A DNA stretch of 64,000 nt. It comes from Candidatus Marinacidobacterales bacterium (GTDB taxonomy: Bacteria > Acidobacteriota > Vicinamibacteria > Marinacidobacterales > DATDRI01). The notes beneath the pieces were generated by a model. That model was not told where the DNA came from, ran no database searches, and worked only from the letters and a program-made list of their open reading frames with translations. The translations under genes were made by a program, and so were the position numbers. Location of the stretch: NCBI GenBank assembly GCA_965219415.1, contig OZ244742.1, positions 1,408,001 to 1,472,000 on the forward strand. The letters run 5' to 3'. Below, piece by piece: positions 1 to 11,476 of the stretch. The stretch's first letter is position 1, and each line of letters begins with the position of its first letter.

Positions 1-39
1 ACCCGCACGGACCTGTCAACGTACGGCCCAAAAACACCC

Positions 40-600
40 TCACCTCGTTGCTCCTGGCCTAGACAGGATGCGTTCCGCACCCAATCGGACGACAGGGGGG
101 AGCTCGTTCTTGTCGACCAGTTTCGCGACCACCGACGGTGGGAGGGCCGCCAATGCTTGAAGTGCGGTGTGAACCGGCGTCCTCTTGTTTTTGATGACCG
201 CCGTCCTTACCGCCGGACGGCTCGCCCATCGCTCGGAGTCGGCCAAGACCCGCAGAATCTCCGCGGTACTCCGGGGATCTTCGGCGATCTGCAATACCTG
301 AACTTCACGCAGGCGCGGATTATTGAGCAGCGCGGCGACGACGCGCGAGTTTTTATCACCGATCAAGCCCGGGACTAGGCCGGCGGTGGCGGTACGGGCC
401 AGAGTTACTCGCTCCCCGAGCTCTAGCTCGGGGAGTCGGTCGCGCAAGTACCGCTCCGCGGCGGTCCGAACTGGCATGGGGAGGCGAAAGTTATTCGCTA
501 TCTTCAACAGCTCCTTCCAGAACAGCTGGTTTATCAACCGAAGCGCTAAAGTCTTGGGCGTCTTGGCGTGATTAACGATGGCGGACTTCCATCATGGCAT
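40..600 (-). pseudogene. Helical-repeat hypothetical protein (LRV/DUF2336-like), disrupted at its 5' end
   Basis: GGAGG RBS, then ATG CCA TGA (ATG 600-598, TGA 594-592) in frame with KSAIVNHAKTPKTLALRLINQLFWKELL...ALLNNPRL...WASRPAVRTAVIKNKRTP. Family call is from motif resemblance only. Confidence 0.55.
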
Positions 601-765
601 CACCAGACCTCCGGCGGAGCCGATTCGCTACGTCCCCCCGGCCTCCCGGGCCTCCCCGGCCTGCTCAGCCTTGGCCATCTCCTGCTCGACTACAAGCGAC
701 ATTAGCGAGAACGCTACGCGAGGGGGGGAGCTCCGTCTGGGAAGCTTCTCCGGTCACGATCGAAA

Positions 766-773
766 TACAAAAC
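766..773. repeat. Target-site duplication TACAAAAC (partner at 2158-2165)
   Basis: Identical 8-mers immediately outside both IRs. Confidence 0.95.
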
Positions 774-2157
774 GGGTTTACGCGGATTCGTGTGGGTAAG
801 TTCTGACGGAAAAACAGTGTAACTCATTGTGTGGAAAAGGTATCGAGTACTTCATCAGGTGCTGAAAAGTGGTCCATTTTTAGGATAGGCTAACCGAGTG
901 AAAAATTCCCAGTCGATCCGCTCGCTGTTTGCGCTGCCAGGTTTCGTGGTTGGTGCCGGGTTGAAGGGTCTATTCGGTGACCGATACGCCCGCGTCATCC
1001 AGCTCAAGAGGCGAAAAAAACAGCTGTGTGCTCTTACTGTGGGCAACGGTGCCGGGGGCGCTATGACAAGCAAGTGTGCCGGGTCCGCGACCTGTCGTTG
1101 GCAGGCTGGCGGATCTATCTGGAATACGAGCGTCGGCGCGTCAACTGTTCTGGGTGCGGCGGTGTGCATGTAGAACACCTAGACTGGCTGGCGAACAACT
1201 CGCGCTACACCCAGCGTTTTGCGACGCATGTGGGCAAGCTGTGCCGGGATATGCCGAACAAGGCGGTGGCCGAGATGGAACGTCTGCACCACGGTACGGT
1301 GAAGGCTCTGGATACGCTCTACATGCAAGAGCAGGTCGACCGGGCGGGGCTACCGGCGCCTCGGGCCATCGGTGTCGATGAGATCTCCATCCGCAAGGGA
1401 CATAACTATCGCGTCATTGTCAGCGACCTGGAGCGGGCGCGTCCCATCTGGGTGGGCGGTGAGGGTCGCAAAGAAACCGACATCGATTTGTTCTTCAAGG
1501 CGCTGGGCGGAAAGAAAAGCGCCCGTATCAAGCTGGCCGCCATGGATATGTGGAAGCCCTTCCGGAACTCGGTGATTCACAACGCGCCTAATGCGCGGAT
1601 CATCTTCGACAAGTTTCATATCATGCGTCATCTGTCAAAGGCCCTCGATGAGGTCCGGCGCGGTGAGTACAAACGCCTCAGCGGCAAGGACCGGTCGTAT
1701 ATCAAGGGGCAGCGTTACACTTTGCTTTCCCGGCGGGAGAACCTGAGCCTAGACGGTCGCCGCGCACTCAAAAAGTTGCTCCAGGCCAACCGGCGCCTGA
1801 ACACCGCCTATATTTTGAAGGAGGTCTTCGGGCAACTCTGGGATTACCGCACCGAACGCGGCGCTCGCGCCTTTTTCACTCGTTGGAAAGACAGCCTCAA
1901 ATGGCAACGCCTGCATCCGTACCAGAAGTTCGCCGGTATGATTGAGTCCCATTGGGATGGTATCGCCTCCTACTGTCATCCGGAGAACAAAGTCAGTCTC
2001 GGCCTAGTTGAAGGGGTCAACAACAAAATCCGTGTTCTGCAACGACGCGCCTACGGCTATCGCGACGAGGAATATCTCAAGCTGAAGATCGTGGCGGCTT
2101 TCCTTCCGCCATTACCCAGAAATGCAGTTTTCAACCCACACGAATCCGCGTAGACCC
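774..2157 (+). mobile_element. ISL3-family insertion sequence, 1384 bp, complete
   Basis: IRL GGGTTTACGCGGATTCGTGTGGGT (774-797) and IRR (2134-2157) match at 23/24. 8-bp direct repeat TACAAAAC at 766-773 and 2158-2165. Encodes an ISL3 transposase. Confidence 0.96.
898..2153 (+). CDS. ISL3 transposase (zinc finger + DDE), about 418 aa via a -1 frameshift at A7 (1014-1020)
   Basis: ORF from 898 reads ...QLKRRKK at CGA AAA AAA; the -1 frame continues TAVCSYCG...VNCSGCG, GVDE, MDMW, DKFH, EGVNNKI to the stop at 2153. Confidence 0.9.
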
Positions 2158-2165
2158 TACAAAAC

Positions 2166-2519
2166 TTATGAATGCTTTTCGTGGGTTGCGACGGCATGCG
2201 GCTCTCGGTCGTTCCTTGTCGAAGTGCCACGGTCCGTTGACCCGTCTTCGAGCGGCACCCCACCTGGAAACAACGAAGTAGAGGTCGAACTCCGCGCCTT
2301 GCGTCCGATGACTTCATTCAGCCCGATGTAGATGTTCGCGACTCCGAGACCTGAAACGGCGCCGCGGAACATGGGATTCAAGACGACGTCGCTGAGCGTC
2401 GGGTACGCTTGAAGAAAGTAATTACGCTCCCAAATCATGGACCAGGGAACGAGCAGCAAGAAAACCCCTACTTCGAGACAGATCAAGACATACAGCACGA
2501 ACCACTGGCGGTCTCCCAT
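2166..2519 (-). CDS. Small membrane hypothetical protein (2 TM)
   Basis: 117-aa ORF with hydrophobic segments LYVLICLEVGVFLLLVPW and FRGAVSGLGVANIYIG. Confidence 0.8.
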   Translation of the reverse strand: MGDRQWFVLYVLICLEVGVFLLLVPWSMIWERNYFLQAYPTLSDVVLNPMFRGAVSGLGVANIYIGLNEVIGRKARSSTSTSLFPGGVPLEDGSTDRGTSTRNDREPHAVATHEKHS

Positions 2520-2644
2520 TACGTTGCTCTAGGGGCCACCGAGTGCCGGTCTAGTACCGTCTCAGCCAACTTGTCGAAAAACCTCTTTTTCACGGAAGCT
2601 CGAAGGCGGTGAACCTGATGTCCGGTCGGATCGGCTCGGCGCAC
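2519..2644 (-). other. 41-aa sORF, possibly an internal-deletion scar
   Basis: GTG 1 nt after the TPR gene stop; MRRADPTGHQVHRLRASVKKRFFDKLAETVLDRHSVAPRAT*; its TAA overlaps the next ATG (TAATG). Confidence 0.4.
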
Positions 2645-2645
2645 G

Positions 2646-5600
2646 CTAGTTCTTGGCGGCCTGTAGGCTGCTCACGCGGTCCTTGACGTCGCGAAAACGA
2701 GCATTCACACGATAAATATCCATGAATAGCTCGAGGGCGCGATCGGGTTCACCGGCTGACTCGTATGCGATCGCCAGATCGTATCGGAGACCGTGCTGCT
2801 CTTCTTCACCCCGTCCGGGAGAGTTGAGCCCTTTCTCGAACCATTTGATGGCAATCTGGGGCATTCCCTTCTCCAGGAAGCAAAGCCCCAACATGCTGCA
2901 GCATTCGAGAAGTCTACTCTCGTCCTTGGACGCTAGCTGAAACTCTGCGATGGCCTCATCGAGAAGCCCCATCTCTTTGTAGGCAATACCGAGGTTGTAA
3001 CGGGTGTCGTAGTCTTCGGTGCCGAGCTGCTTTTCCACTCCCTTTTTGAACTCTCGGAACATTTCATCGAGATCTGGGTCGGTGACGGCATCGGTAGGAT
3101 TTCCGGTCAGCGAGGTCTCCTCCACGGCACTCTGCGTTCCGAAGACCTCATCGGAGAGCTCAGAGGCCAGGTCGACGTACTCACCCTCGATACCGGCCGG
3201 ACCGCTCAAAACCGACTCGACCTCGTCTAGCTCGGCGACTCCCTCCAACGCGGCCAGTGGGTCCTCTTCAACGTCAGGGACTTCCGTCGTGGGAAACCCG
3301 GGGACGCTTTCGGCCCGGCTAACCGGGGCCGGTTCAGCTGCCTTGTCCTCTGGCACCGAAGTACTCGCCGGAGAAACAAGTGACTCCTCGACCGGGGCAG
3401 CCGCTCCGGGAGCGGTCGCCGGGGCCTCCACTTCTTGCTGCAGTTGCTCGACCGAAAAGCCGACCTCGTCGATTTTTGCCAGAACCTGTGGGTCGTCGGG
3501 TCGCTGCTTGAGAATCTCTCGGAGCGTATCACGCGCGTCTTCGTAGAGTCCCAAGGCCATGTACTCGTCCACCTCGGCAAGGTCGTCTCGGGCCGGGGGG
3601 GCGGCCGGCACAGCTGCCGGAGGGGGCGCGACCTGCGCAGCGGGAGGTGGGCTGGCGGCCTGACCGGGCGGTACCGTTCGATCTTCTTCTTCGAAAAACG
3701 AATCCGTACCTGACGCGATGGAAGGCTCAGGCGTCTCGGGAATTTCCGCAGCCCCCTCGTCGAACTCGACCCGAACATCGTTGTCCGGCTCTTCACCCGT
3801 GAGCCCCTCTAGATCGATCTCTACATCCCCGCCGGCAGACGACGACTCGCCACCGACCGAGAATTCGTCACCGGGAATGCTCAACTCGTCCGTTACCGGC
3901 GAGGGCGGGGCGGGCAGCTCCTCCGCCAACGGCTCCTCTTCAACAATGGGGGCAGTTGGCACGGCTGGCGCAGACGTTTCCTCTACGATGGGCGCCGGCT
4001 CATCGTCCGAGCCAATCTCACCGGCGACATCGTCCATGTCGACTTCCACCGAAAACTCGTCCGGTCGATCGTCGATGACGACTTCAACGTCGTCTGCTGG
4101 AGCGGAGACGGAGGGTTGTTCCTCTTCCTCCTTTTCAACAGCGAAGGGCAATTCGTCTTCGCCCATCGAGACCGCTACGTCCGGGTCGATGGTTTCCTCT
4201 GGGGTTTGCTCCGGCGATGCGGCGACGGGCACTTCAACGTCCATCGCCAAATCGTCGTACTGTTCCGGGGCCTCTGGTGTGAGATCGATTTCGTCCTCCG
4301 GCACCAAGGATTCAGCGGGGATCTCTTCCAGGGCCGGGTTGATGCTGCGAGCCTCGATGCGAGCCTTCTCGGCGTTATCATTCTGCCCCAACCGCGTATA
4401 GATGGTGGCCAGTTGAGTCAGCTCTTCCGCCGCTTCGTTGCTCATGCCTTGATCGCGATAAATTTCGATCAACTTCTCACGGGCCGCGGTATGAAAACGG
4501 AAGCGGTCGAGAACATCCTTGAGCTGCTCGACCGCTTTGTCCACTAGCCCGTATCGAACGAAGACCTCGGCCTCCGTCATCTTCTCCTTGATATTCTCCT
4601 CGTCATCAGAGCTCAAGGATGTGACAGCGTCGATCTCCTGCTGAGTTTGCTCCGACGGAGGCTCGGCCACCGAAGGCTCCACCTCTAGGGGCCCGGAGAG
4701 CGCTTCGTCGATGTCGATGACCGGCTCCGATAATTCCGATACATCCATCGGTGCTTCCGCAACATCGGTATCCAATTCGACCACAGGCGGTAGATCCTCA
4801 TCCATAATGGCCGGGACTCTAGGCGCCTTCTGAGCGGGCGGAGCGGGGACACGAGGAGCAGGCGCGCTGGCAGCGGGAGCAGGTACGGACGGGGCAGCAG
4901 GAGCTCCCAGCTTGGATTTGAGGAAACGTACTCTATCCTTGTGTTGAGAGTTCTCGGGCTCGAGCTCGATGAGCTGCTCAGCGACTCGAACCGCTTTCTC
5001 GTAATCGCCGTGCTTCGAGTATGCCTCACAGAGCTTGTCGTAGGCGCTCGCCCTCCCAGCATCCTGTTTCAAGACCGTCTGGACTTCCACCAACTTCAAA
5101 AGGGTCTTGGTGTGGTGCGGATCGCGGTTCATAATCTTTTGGAGGTAAGCAGAGGCTTTTTCGCCTTCTTTGCCGGCAACGAGACGATCCACCGCGGGCG
5201 CCAAGAGCTCGAGCGCTTGGTCGCAGTTTCCTTGGCCGATCGCCAGATCGGCCAAGCGGCTCGTATGATCCGCGTTATCCGGCTCGAGGTCGGCGAGACG
5301 CCTGAACATGGCCTCGGCCTCGGCGGAGCGACCTGCACCCATATAGGCTTCGCCGAGGCGCGAGAGCAACTCGACATCTTGCGGGTGTTGCTCGCGCACC
5401 TCCTCAAGTAACTGAATGGCCTTGTCGTGGTGCCCTTGAAGGCTGGCCGCTTGAGCCAGCTTGGTCCTCAGCAATCGACTGGTGTTGTCGATCCGGAGGC
5501 CCTTCTCCATGATCTGGATCGCCTCCGCCACCAACCCCTTGTTGATGAACTCATCGGCGATGCCCACGTACTCGGCGACCGCCTCCTCGACCTTGCCTTC

Positions 5601-6076
5601 TCGCTCCAGAAACTCGGCAAACTTGTAGCGGACTTTCAAGTCAGAGGATCGATCTCGGCGAGCTTCTTGAAGACTTCGGTAGCCTGCCGTTTGTAGCCGG
5701 TCTTCGTGTAGAGCTCGACCAAGGCTTGATACTGCGCCTTGGCCTCCATCAACAAACCCTGAATCACCTGCAGCTCGGCTAGATTGCGCATCGCCGTTTC
5801 GTTCTGAGGATCCAGGCGCAGGATCATTTTGTGAGTGGCGATGGCGCGGACGTTGAAACCATCCTGACGGTAGTAGTCCGCGATCTGCGCGTACTTCTTT
5901 ATGGCTTCGTTGTTTCGCCCGATGCGGGCATAGAGGCCGCCGATTTGGCAAATGGTATTCCAATCCTTGGGGTTGGCGGCCACCCATTTTTCGTACTCGG
6001 CGATGGCCTTCTCGACCTTACCGGAGTGGATATACTTGTCGGCGGTCTTGAAGATCCGGTCCCGGCTCAGCGCCAT
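2646..6076 (-). pseudogene. Giant TPR protein with acidic/Pro linker and C-terminal TPR module (SgmX/FimV-like architecture), frameshifted
   Basis: ORF 5636-6076 (MALSRDRIFKTADKY...LAEIDP) joins the ORF ending at 2646 (SDLKVRYKFAEFL...DYDTRYNLGIAYKEMGLLDEAIAEFQ) if 1 base is restored near 5643-5646. The span is 3431 nt, one short of a codon multiple. Confidence 0.8.
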
Positions 6077-6193
6077 CCCTCAGTTCCTCACCGTATGGAC
6101 ATCCCGACGGGCTCAGAGGTCAAACTCATGCCCTGTTGACGTTGCCGATCTTGCCGGCCTTGTCGAGACCCGCTGTTCCGTTCGCACATGGCG

Positions 6194-6547
6194 TTAGTTG
6201 GTGAGCCCTCTCTTCTCCCGAAGGCGGGCGGCCTTACCCTTCCGACCCCGCATGTAGTAAAGCTTGGCTCGGCGCACGTGATGGGATCGAAGGACCTCGA
6301 TTTTCGCGATCGTTGGTGCGTGGATGGGGAAGATCCGCTCCACACCATGGCCGAAGGACGTCTTCCTGACCGTCATGGTGGCCCGCGGCCCACCATGCTT
6401 GAGCGCGATGATCATCCCCTCGAAAATTTGAATCCGCTCCTTGTCGCCCTCTTTGACCTTCACGTGTACCTTTACGGTATCTCCAGCCGTCAAGGCCGGA
6501 ACACCCTCCTTCAACCCTCGTGAATCTAGTTCTTCCATCACATTCAT
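6194..6547 (-). CDS. rplS: 50S ribosomal protein L19
   Basis: GDTVKVHVKVKEGDKERIQIFEG, GVERIFPIH, VRRAKLYY motifs. Confidence 0.97.
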   Translation of the reverse strand: MNVMEELDSRGLKEGVPALTAGDTVKVHVKVKEGDKERIQIFEGMIIALKHGGPRATMTVRKTSFGHGVERIFPIHAPTIAKIEVLRSHHVRRAKLYYMRGRKGKAARLREKRGLTN

Positions 6548-6623
6548 TTCTAAACCTCTCAAGTAATGCAAATCAAATTAGGACTCGTTTGAACCGGGCT
6601 ACCAGAGCCTCGGTTACACGACG

Positions 6624-7379
6624 TTAGTGCCTCGCCGAGCTCTTCACCAAACCTTCGAGCTCGTCCAGAATCTCGCGCTCCTCTGTATCCAATTCCGCAC
6701 TCGCTAGCAGCTCGGGCCGACGGGCTCGAGTTGCGTGAAGTGCTTTTTCCTTACGCCAGCGTCGGATTGCCGCATGGTTGCCGGAAAGAAGCACCTCCGG
6801 CACCTTCATCCCTCGAAACTCTTCCGGCCTCGTGTAGTGAGGACAATCCAACAGCCCGCGACTGAAAGAGTCTTCTTGGGCGGAAAGTGGATCCGAAATG
6901 GCGCCGGGAAGCAACCGTACGACCGCATCCACGACGACCATGCTGGGAAACTCCCCGCCGGACAGCACATAGTCTCCGATGGAAATCTCCTCCGCACCGG
7001 TAGCGTCCAGGAACCGTTCGTCCACGTCCTCGTAGCGACCAGAAACGAGCACCAGCTGGCTCAGCTTGGCGAGCCGCTCCACCCGGTCCTGGCGCAGGGG
7101 AGCGCCTCGCGGTGAGAGCAAGACCACCGCCCGTTCATCGTCCGGTACGCGATCATCGGTCACCGCTTCGACCGCCTCCACCAAGGGCTCGACTTTCATC
7201 ACCAGGCCCGGCCCGCCGCCGTAGGGTGAGTCGTCAGTCGTACGATGCCGGTCATGGGTCCAAGAACGAAGATCGTGAACACGAATATCCACTCGTCCCG
7301 CTTCACGGGCCTTGCCCAGGACGCCCCACTCGAGCGCCCGAAACATGTCAGGAAAGATGGTGACGACGTCAATGCGCAT
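6624..7379 (-). CDS. trmD: tRNA (guanine-37-N1)-methyltransferase
   Basis: [37 protein letters not shown] motifs; operon context. Confidence 0.97.
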   Translation of the reverse strand: MRIDVVTIFPDMFRALEWGVLGKAREAGRVDIRVHDLRSWTHDRHRTTDDSPYGGGPGLVMKVEPLVEAVEAVTDDRVPDDERAVVLLSPRGAPLRQDRVERLAKLSQLVLVSGRYEDVDERFLDATGAEEISIGDYVLSGGEFPSMVVVDAVVRLLPGAISDPLSAQEDSFSRGLLDCPHYTRPEEFRGMKVPEVLLSGNHAAIRRWRKEKALHATRARRPELLASAELDTEEREILDELEGLVKSSARH

Positions 7380-7911
7380 TGAGTGCTACCAGCCCTTCCG
7401 GAACATCTACTTCCACGCGCCCTCGCTCCGTGTCAATGGACTTACAGATCGCATCACAAAGCGGAATGAGAGTCTCCCCTGCTTTCGAGTCCCTAACCAC
7501 TAACAGATCGGTGCCGCCCGTGGTTAAGACCTCCTCGACGACGCCCAGATAACCGCTTTGGCCATCCCATACGCCGCAACCACGAACACGAAACTGGTAG
7601 TGGCTGCCTTCCGGCAGCGGCTCGAGCTCCGACTCCGGGATGCGAAGCTCCCGCCCCGACAACCGTTCCGCCTCTCCAATTCCCGTGATCCCCTCGAACT
7701 TGATGATCGGCCTTCCGCCTTGCAGGCGAACCCACTCCACCGGTAATACGAAGACGCTCCCATCATCACGGTCGGTAAACACTCGCCCCAACTTCTCGAA
7801 TCGATTCGGAAAATCGGTAAGCGGGTTTACCGCGACCTCGCCCTTTCGACCTTGAGCGCGAGCCACGCGTCCGACGGCGACCAATTCTTGCCAGCTTGGT
7901 ACGACATCCAT
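7369..7911 (-). CDS. rimM: 16S rRNA processing protein
   Basis: [15 protein letters not shown]-terminus plus PRC barrel; lies between khpA and trmD. Confidence 0.93.
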   Translation of the reverse strand: MDVVPSWQELVAVGRVARAQGRKGEVAVNPLTDFPNRFEKLGRVFTDRDDGSVFVLPVEWVRLQGGRPIIKFEGITGIGEAERLSGRELRIPESELEPLPEGSHYQFRVRGCGVWDGQSGYLGVVEEVLTTGGTDLLVVRDSKAGETLIPLCDAICKSIDTERGRVEVDVPEGLVALNAH

Positions 7912-7971
7912 ATTAGGCCTTCATCGTCTCGTTCACCCTATGCCTACGCCTTGTGCCCTATGACTTATGAC

Positions 7972-8202
7972 TTACTCAATAATTTCAAGATGAAACCGCT
8001 TGCGTAACTTCATCCCAGCAGCGGACAGGATCGTTCGGATCGCGCGAGCCGTACGCCCTTGCTTGCCGATGACTTTTCCCAAATCCTCCTGAGCCACCCT
8101 GAGCTCGAGAATGGTGGTTTGCTCCCCGCCCACTTCCGATACTGCAACCTCATCCGGGTTGTCGACTAGTGCTTTCGCAATGAGCTCCAATAATTCCTTC
8201 AT
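7972..8202 (-). CDS. khpA: KH-domain RNA-binding protein
   Basis: 76 aa, [18 protein letters not shown]; follows rpsP. Confidence 0.93.
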   Translation of the reverse strand: MKELLELIAKALVDNPDEVAVSEVGGEQTTILELRVAQEDLGKVIGKQGRTARAIRTILSAAGMKLRKRFHLEIIE

Positions 8203-8246
8203 CTCGGTCCCTCCCGCTCGCTTCGGTTCAGTCGGTGTTGGGCTCT

Positions 8247-8483
8247 CTACGAGGGTGTACGCTTCAAGAGACTGCGGACGGTGTCTGTTGCCTGGGCTCC
8301 CTTCGAGAGCCAGTACTGGGCCCGTTCTCGATCGAAGACCGCCGCTTGGCCCTCGCGCTTGGGCTCGTAGGTTCCAAGGTTTTCCACGATGCTGCCACCG
8401 CGGCCGGTCACAGAATCTGATACGACTATCCGATAGTGCGGTCGCTTCTTGCTACCTATGCGTGCTAAACGAATCTTTAACAT
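8247..8483 (-). CDS. rpsP: 30S ribosomal protein S16
   Basis: [21 protein letters not shown]...WLSKGAQAT. Confidence 0.97.
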   Translation of the reverse strand: MLKIRLARIGSKKRPHYRIVVSDSVTGRGGSIVENLGTYEPKREGQAAVFDRERAQYWLSKGAQATDTVRSLLKRTPS

Positions 8484-8529
8484 GGGTCTTAATTCTCACC
8501 TCCCCTCAGGTTCTTAGTTTTTGGTTCGC

Positions 8530-9915
8530 CTATCTCATTCGGCTCATCTTTGCTAGTTGCTTCATTTGACTGCCGAAGCCTCCCTTAGAGTGAGCCATCG
8601 CTTTCGCCATCTTCCGAGCCTCAACGAAACGCCTCAACAATCGATTCACGTCTGAGACCGCGCAGCCGCTACCGCGAGCGATTCTCCGTCGCCGGCTACC
8701 ATTGATGATCGACGCATTCAACCTCTCCCCGACGGTCATGGAGTTCAAAATGGCGAAGAAACGGCCGATCTCGGCGTCGTCGAACTCAGAAGGAGCCCTC
8801 GGCAGGTCTCCACCGCCACCGGGCAAGAAATTCATAATCTCAGAGAGAGACCCCATTCGCCCGATCTGTCGGAGCTGAATACGAAAATCCTCGAGTGAGA
8901 GATCCTCTCGGCGAAGCTTGCGCGCGAGCTGCTCTGCCTGGTCTTGCTCGACTGCCTGTTCAGCTCGCTCGATCAGACTCAGTACGTCACCCATACCCAG
9001 AATCCGCGAGGCCATCCGCTCGGGACGGAAGGGCTCCAGGGCATCCAGCTTTTCTCCAATCCCGACGAACTTAATTGTGCGCCCGGTCGTGGCGGCAAGC
9101 GATAGCGCGGCACCTCCTCTGGCGTCACCATCCAGTTTCGTCAGAATGTGTCCGGTGAGTGGCACGACTTTGGAGAAAGCTTCGGCGCTACGAACAGCGT
9201 CCTGTCCAGTCATCGAGTCGGCAACGAACAGCACCTCGACCGGAGTCGTGGCGTCCACGAGCTGTTTCAGTTCTTCCATCAATTCCGGATCGACGTGAAT
9301 TCTTCCAGCCGTATCCACGATCAACACGTCGAAGCCCGCATCCCGCGCCTGGTTTTTCGCTGCCTTGGCCCGAGCTACCGGCTCCATGGTGTCGGGCTCG
9401 AAACAGTTGAGTCCCGCCTGCCCCGCGAGCACGCGCAGTTGCTCGATGGCCGCCGGGCGTCTCACGTCGACCGAGACCACTGCCGGGTGCCTTCGCTCCG
9501 CGGCGAGCCACTTGCCAAGCTTGGCGGTGGTCGTTGTCTTGCCGGAGCCAGAAAGCCCTGCCATCAGAATGACGGACGGTGTTTCCCGACCGTAATTTAT
9601 TAGTTTCGACGGCTTTTCCGTCTCGGGAAGCGCGGACCCGCCCGGTTCGGTTCCCGCAAGCAGGCTCACTAGTTCATCCCGCATGATCTTGAGAACTTGT
9701 TGCGGCGCGGTGAGTGATGCTAACACCTCTTCTCCCACCGCCCGCTCTCTGACGCGAGACGTAAAGTCTCGAGCCACGCGGAAATGTACGTCGGCCTCCA
9801 GCAGAGCCATCCGCAACTCCTTAAGCGCCACGTCCACGTGGGCTTCCGTCAGACGCGCCTCGCCTCGGAGCTTCTTGATAACCCCTTGAAGCTTCGATGA
9901 AATTTGCTCAAACAT
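8530..9915 (-). CDS. ffh: Signal recognition particle protein
   Basis: ALLEADV, GSGKTT, DTAGR, TKLDGDARGG and M-domain GSRRRRIARGSG. Confidence 0.97.
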   Translation of the reverse strand: MFEQISSKLQGVIKKLRGEARLTEAHVDVALKELRMALLEADVHFRVARDFTSRVRERAVGEEVLASLTAPQQVLKIMRDELVSLLAGTEPGGSALPETEKPSKLINYGRETPSVILMAGLSGSGKTTTTAKLGKWLAAERRHPAVVSVDVRRPAAIEQLRVLAGQAGLNCFEPDTMEPVARAKAAKNQARDAGFDVLIVDTAGRIHVDPELMEELKQLVDATTPVEVLFVADSMTGQDAVRSAEAFSKVVPLTGHILTKLDGDARGGAALSLAATTGRTIKFVGIGEKLDALEPFRPERMASRILGMGDVLSLIERAEQAVEQDQAEQLARKLRREDLSLEDFRIQLRQIGRMGSLSEIMNFLPGGGGDLPRAPSEFDDAEIGRFFAILNSMTVGERLNASIINGSRRRRIARGSGCAVSDVNRLLRRFVEARKMAKAMAHSKGGFGSQMKQLAKMSRMR

Positions 9916-9969
9916 CTAGGGTGGCCTCAAACAAAAGGCGGCCCCCCCCCTTAAATGGTGCATCTATTA

Positions 9970-9998
9970 ATGTTAGAGAACGTGGACACTAAAGTCAA
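9970..9998 (-). promoter_or_regulatory. Sigma70-type promoter of the ffh-rpsP operon
   Basis: TTGACT-N17-TAACAT on the minus strand. Confidence 0.65.
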
Positions 9999-10231
9999 GA
10001 GCAATCGAAGTCAGGAACACGCTTCCAACCGGTTGAAGGCGTGGAGGTTAAGGGGGTGAGAGTCGCGCCGGTGTAGACGATGTAGAAACGATCGCCCTTA
10101 GCCCCCTCCTCGAAAATGACTGCGCCCTTCTTGTAGTCTTTCACCATCCCGAGCATGAGGATCTCGTCGGCTAGCTGGTCGTTATTTAACCCCTGGAACA
10201 GGCCCACGCCCTTCAAGAACTCAGCATTCAC
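9995..10231 (-). pseudogene. Truncated cyclic-nucleotide-binding (CRP-type) domain gene
   Basis: FLKGVGLFQGL...YKKGAVIFEEGAKGDRFYIVYTG is the first half of a cNMP domain; similarity stops before the GE phosphate-binding cassette. Confidence 0.75.
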
Positions 10232-10243
10232 GGAAGGCTGCCC

Positions 10244-11476
10244 TCAGATCTTTTCCAACAAGTGTCCGAGCTTTTCCTTTTTGGTCTTCAAGTAACCCGC
10301 GGAGCTTTCGGTGGCGGCAACCTCAATCGGTACTCGCTCCACGATGCGAAGGCCATACGCCTCTAGCGCAATGAACTTGCGAGGATTGTTGGTGAGCAAA
10401 CGAAGATCCCGCACCCCGATTTCCGCTAGGATCTGTGCACCGATCCCATACTCGCGTTGGTCTGGTTTGAATCCCAGCCGCTCGTTCGCGGTCACGGTAT
10501 CCATTCCCTGATCCTGCAACGCGTAGGCGCGGATCTTGTTGACCAGGCCGATACTTCGTCCTTCCTGATGGAGGTAGAGCAGCACCCCCTTGCCCTCTTC
10601 CCCGATCCGCTTGAGTGCAGAATCGAGCTGCGGACCGCAATCACAGCGCTCCGAGTGAAACACTTCGCCGGTTATGCACTGGGAATGTACTCGAACCAAT
10701 ACGTTGTCTCCCGGTTGAAAATCGCCCAGGACGAGAGCCATATGGGTCGTGCCATCGATCAGGGAGTCGAAAGCCATGATGCGGAATTTTCCGAAGGGCG
10801 TCGGTAACTGGGCCTCCGCCACTTTCTTGACAAGTCGTTCGGTGCTGAGACGATAGCGGATCAGATCGGCTACCGTGATGATCTTCAAACCGTGCTCGCT
10901 CCTGAACTTAGCCAAATCGGGAACCCGGGCCATGCTTCCGTCTTCGTTCATCACTTCGCAGATGACCCCAGCCGGATAAAGCCCCGCGATCCGCGACAGA
11001 TCGACCGCGGCTTCGGTTTGGCCCGCACGCACCAGCACCCCACCTGGCCGAGCACGGAGCGGAAACATATGTCCCGGGCGCGCCAGATCGCTGGGTAGAG
11101 TCTGCGGGTCGATCGCTGCCAAAACGGTGCGCGCGCGATCGGCCGCCGAGATGCCGGTGCTCACTCCCTTCTTGGCCTCGATGGAAACGCAAAAGGCGGT
11201 GCCATGCATCGAAGAGTTGTCGGTCACCATCAGCGGTACTTGCAGCTCGTCCAGCCGCTGCTCGGTCATTGGCATGCAGATGAGCCCGCGACCGTGGCGA
11301 GCCATGAAATTGATGGTCTCGGGACTGATCTTCTCGGCGGCAATGGTCAGGTCGCCTTCGTTCTCACGGTTTTCGTCGTCGACGACGATGACCATCTTCC
11401 CCGAACGGATGTCCTCCAGGGCGGCCTCAACCGTGGAGAACGCCGAATTTTGCTCTGAGTCTAGTCTTTTCTCCAT
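10244..11476 (-). CDS. ribBA: DHBP synthase / GTP cyclohydrolase II
   Basis: [24 protein letters not shown]...CDC, QEGR, LLTNNP motifs. Confidence 0.97.
   Translation of the reverse strand: MEKRLDSEQNSAFSTVEAALEDIRSGKMVIVVDDENRENEGDLTIAAEKISPETINFMARHGRGLICMPMTEQRLDELQVPLMVTDNSSMHGTAFCVSIEAKKGVSTGISAADRARTVLAAIDPQTLPSDLARPGHMFPLRARPGGVLVRAGQTEAAVDLSRIAGLYPAGVICEVMNEDGSMARVPDLAKFRSEHGLKIITVADLIRYRLSTERLVKKVAEAQLPTPFGKFRIMAFDSLIDGTTHMALVLGDFQPGDNVLVRVHSQCITGEVFHSERCDCGPQLDSALKRIGEEGKGVLLYLHQEGRSIGLVNKIRAYALQDQGMDTVTANERLGFKPDQREYGIGAQILAEIGVRDLRLLTNNPRKFIALEAYGLRIVERVPIEVAATESSAGYLKTKKEKLGHLLEKI

Noticed and set aside
592-594. In-frame TGA at codon 3 as selenocysteine or recoding
   Set aside because: No SECIS-like or Cys context, and TGA is a normal stop throughout the window.
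627-773. A gene interrupted by the ISL3 element
   Set aside because: Joining the flanks across the TSD gives only a short, unconvincing ORF.
6088-6189. 33-aa sORF between rplS and the TPR gene
   Set aside because: No clear RBS and no recognisable motif; largely explained by the 9-bp repeat array.
9942-9950. C9 homopolymer in the ffh leader as a phase-variation tract
   Set aside because: It lies outside the promoter spacer and coding sequence, upstream of essential genes; no supporting evidence.
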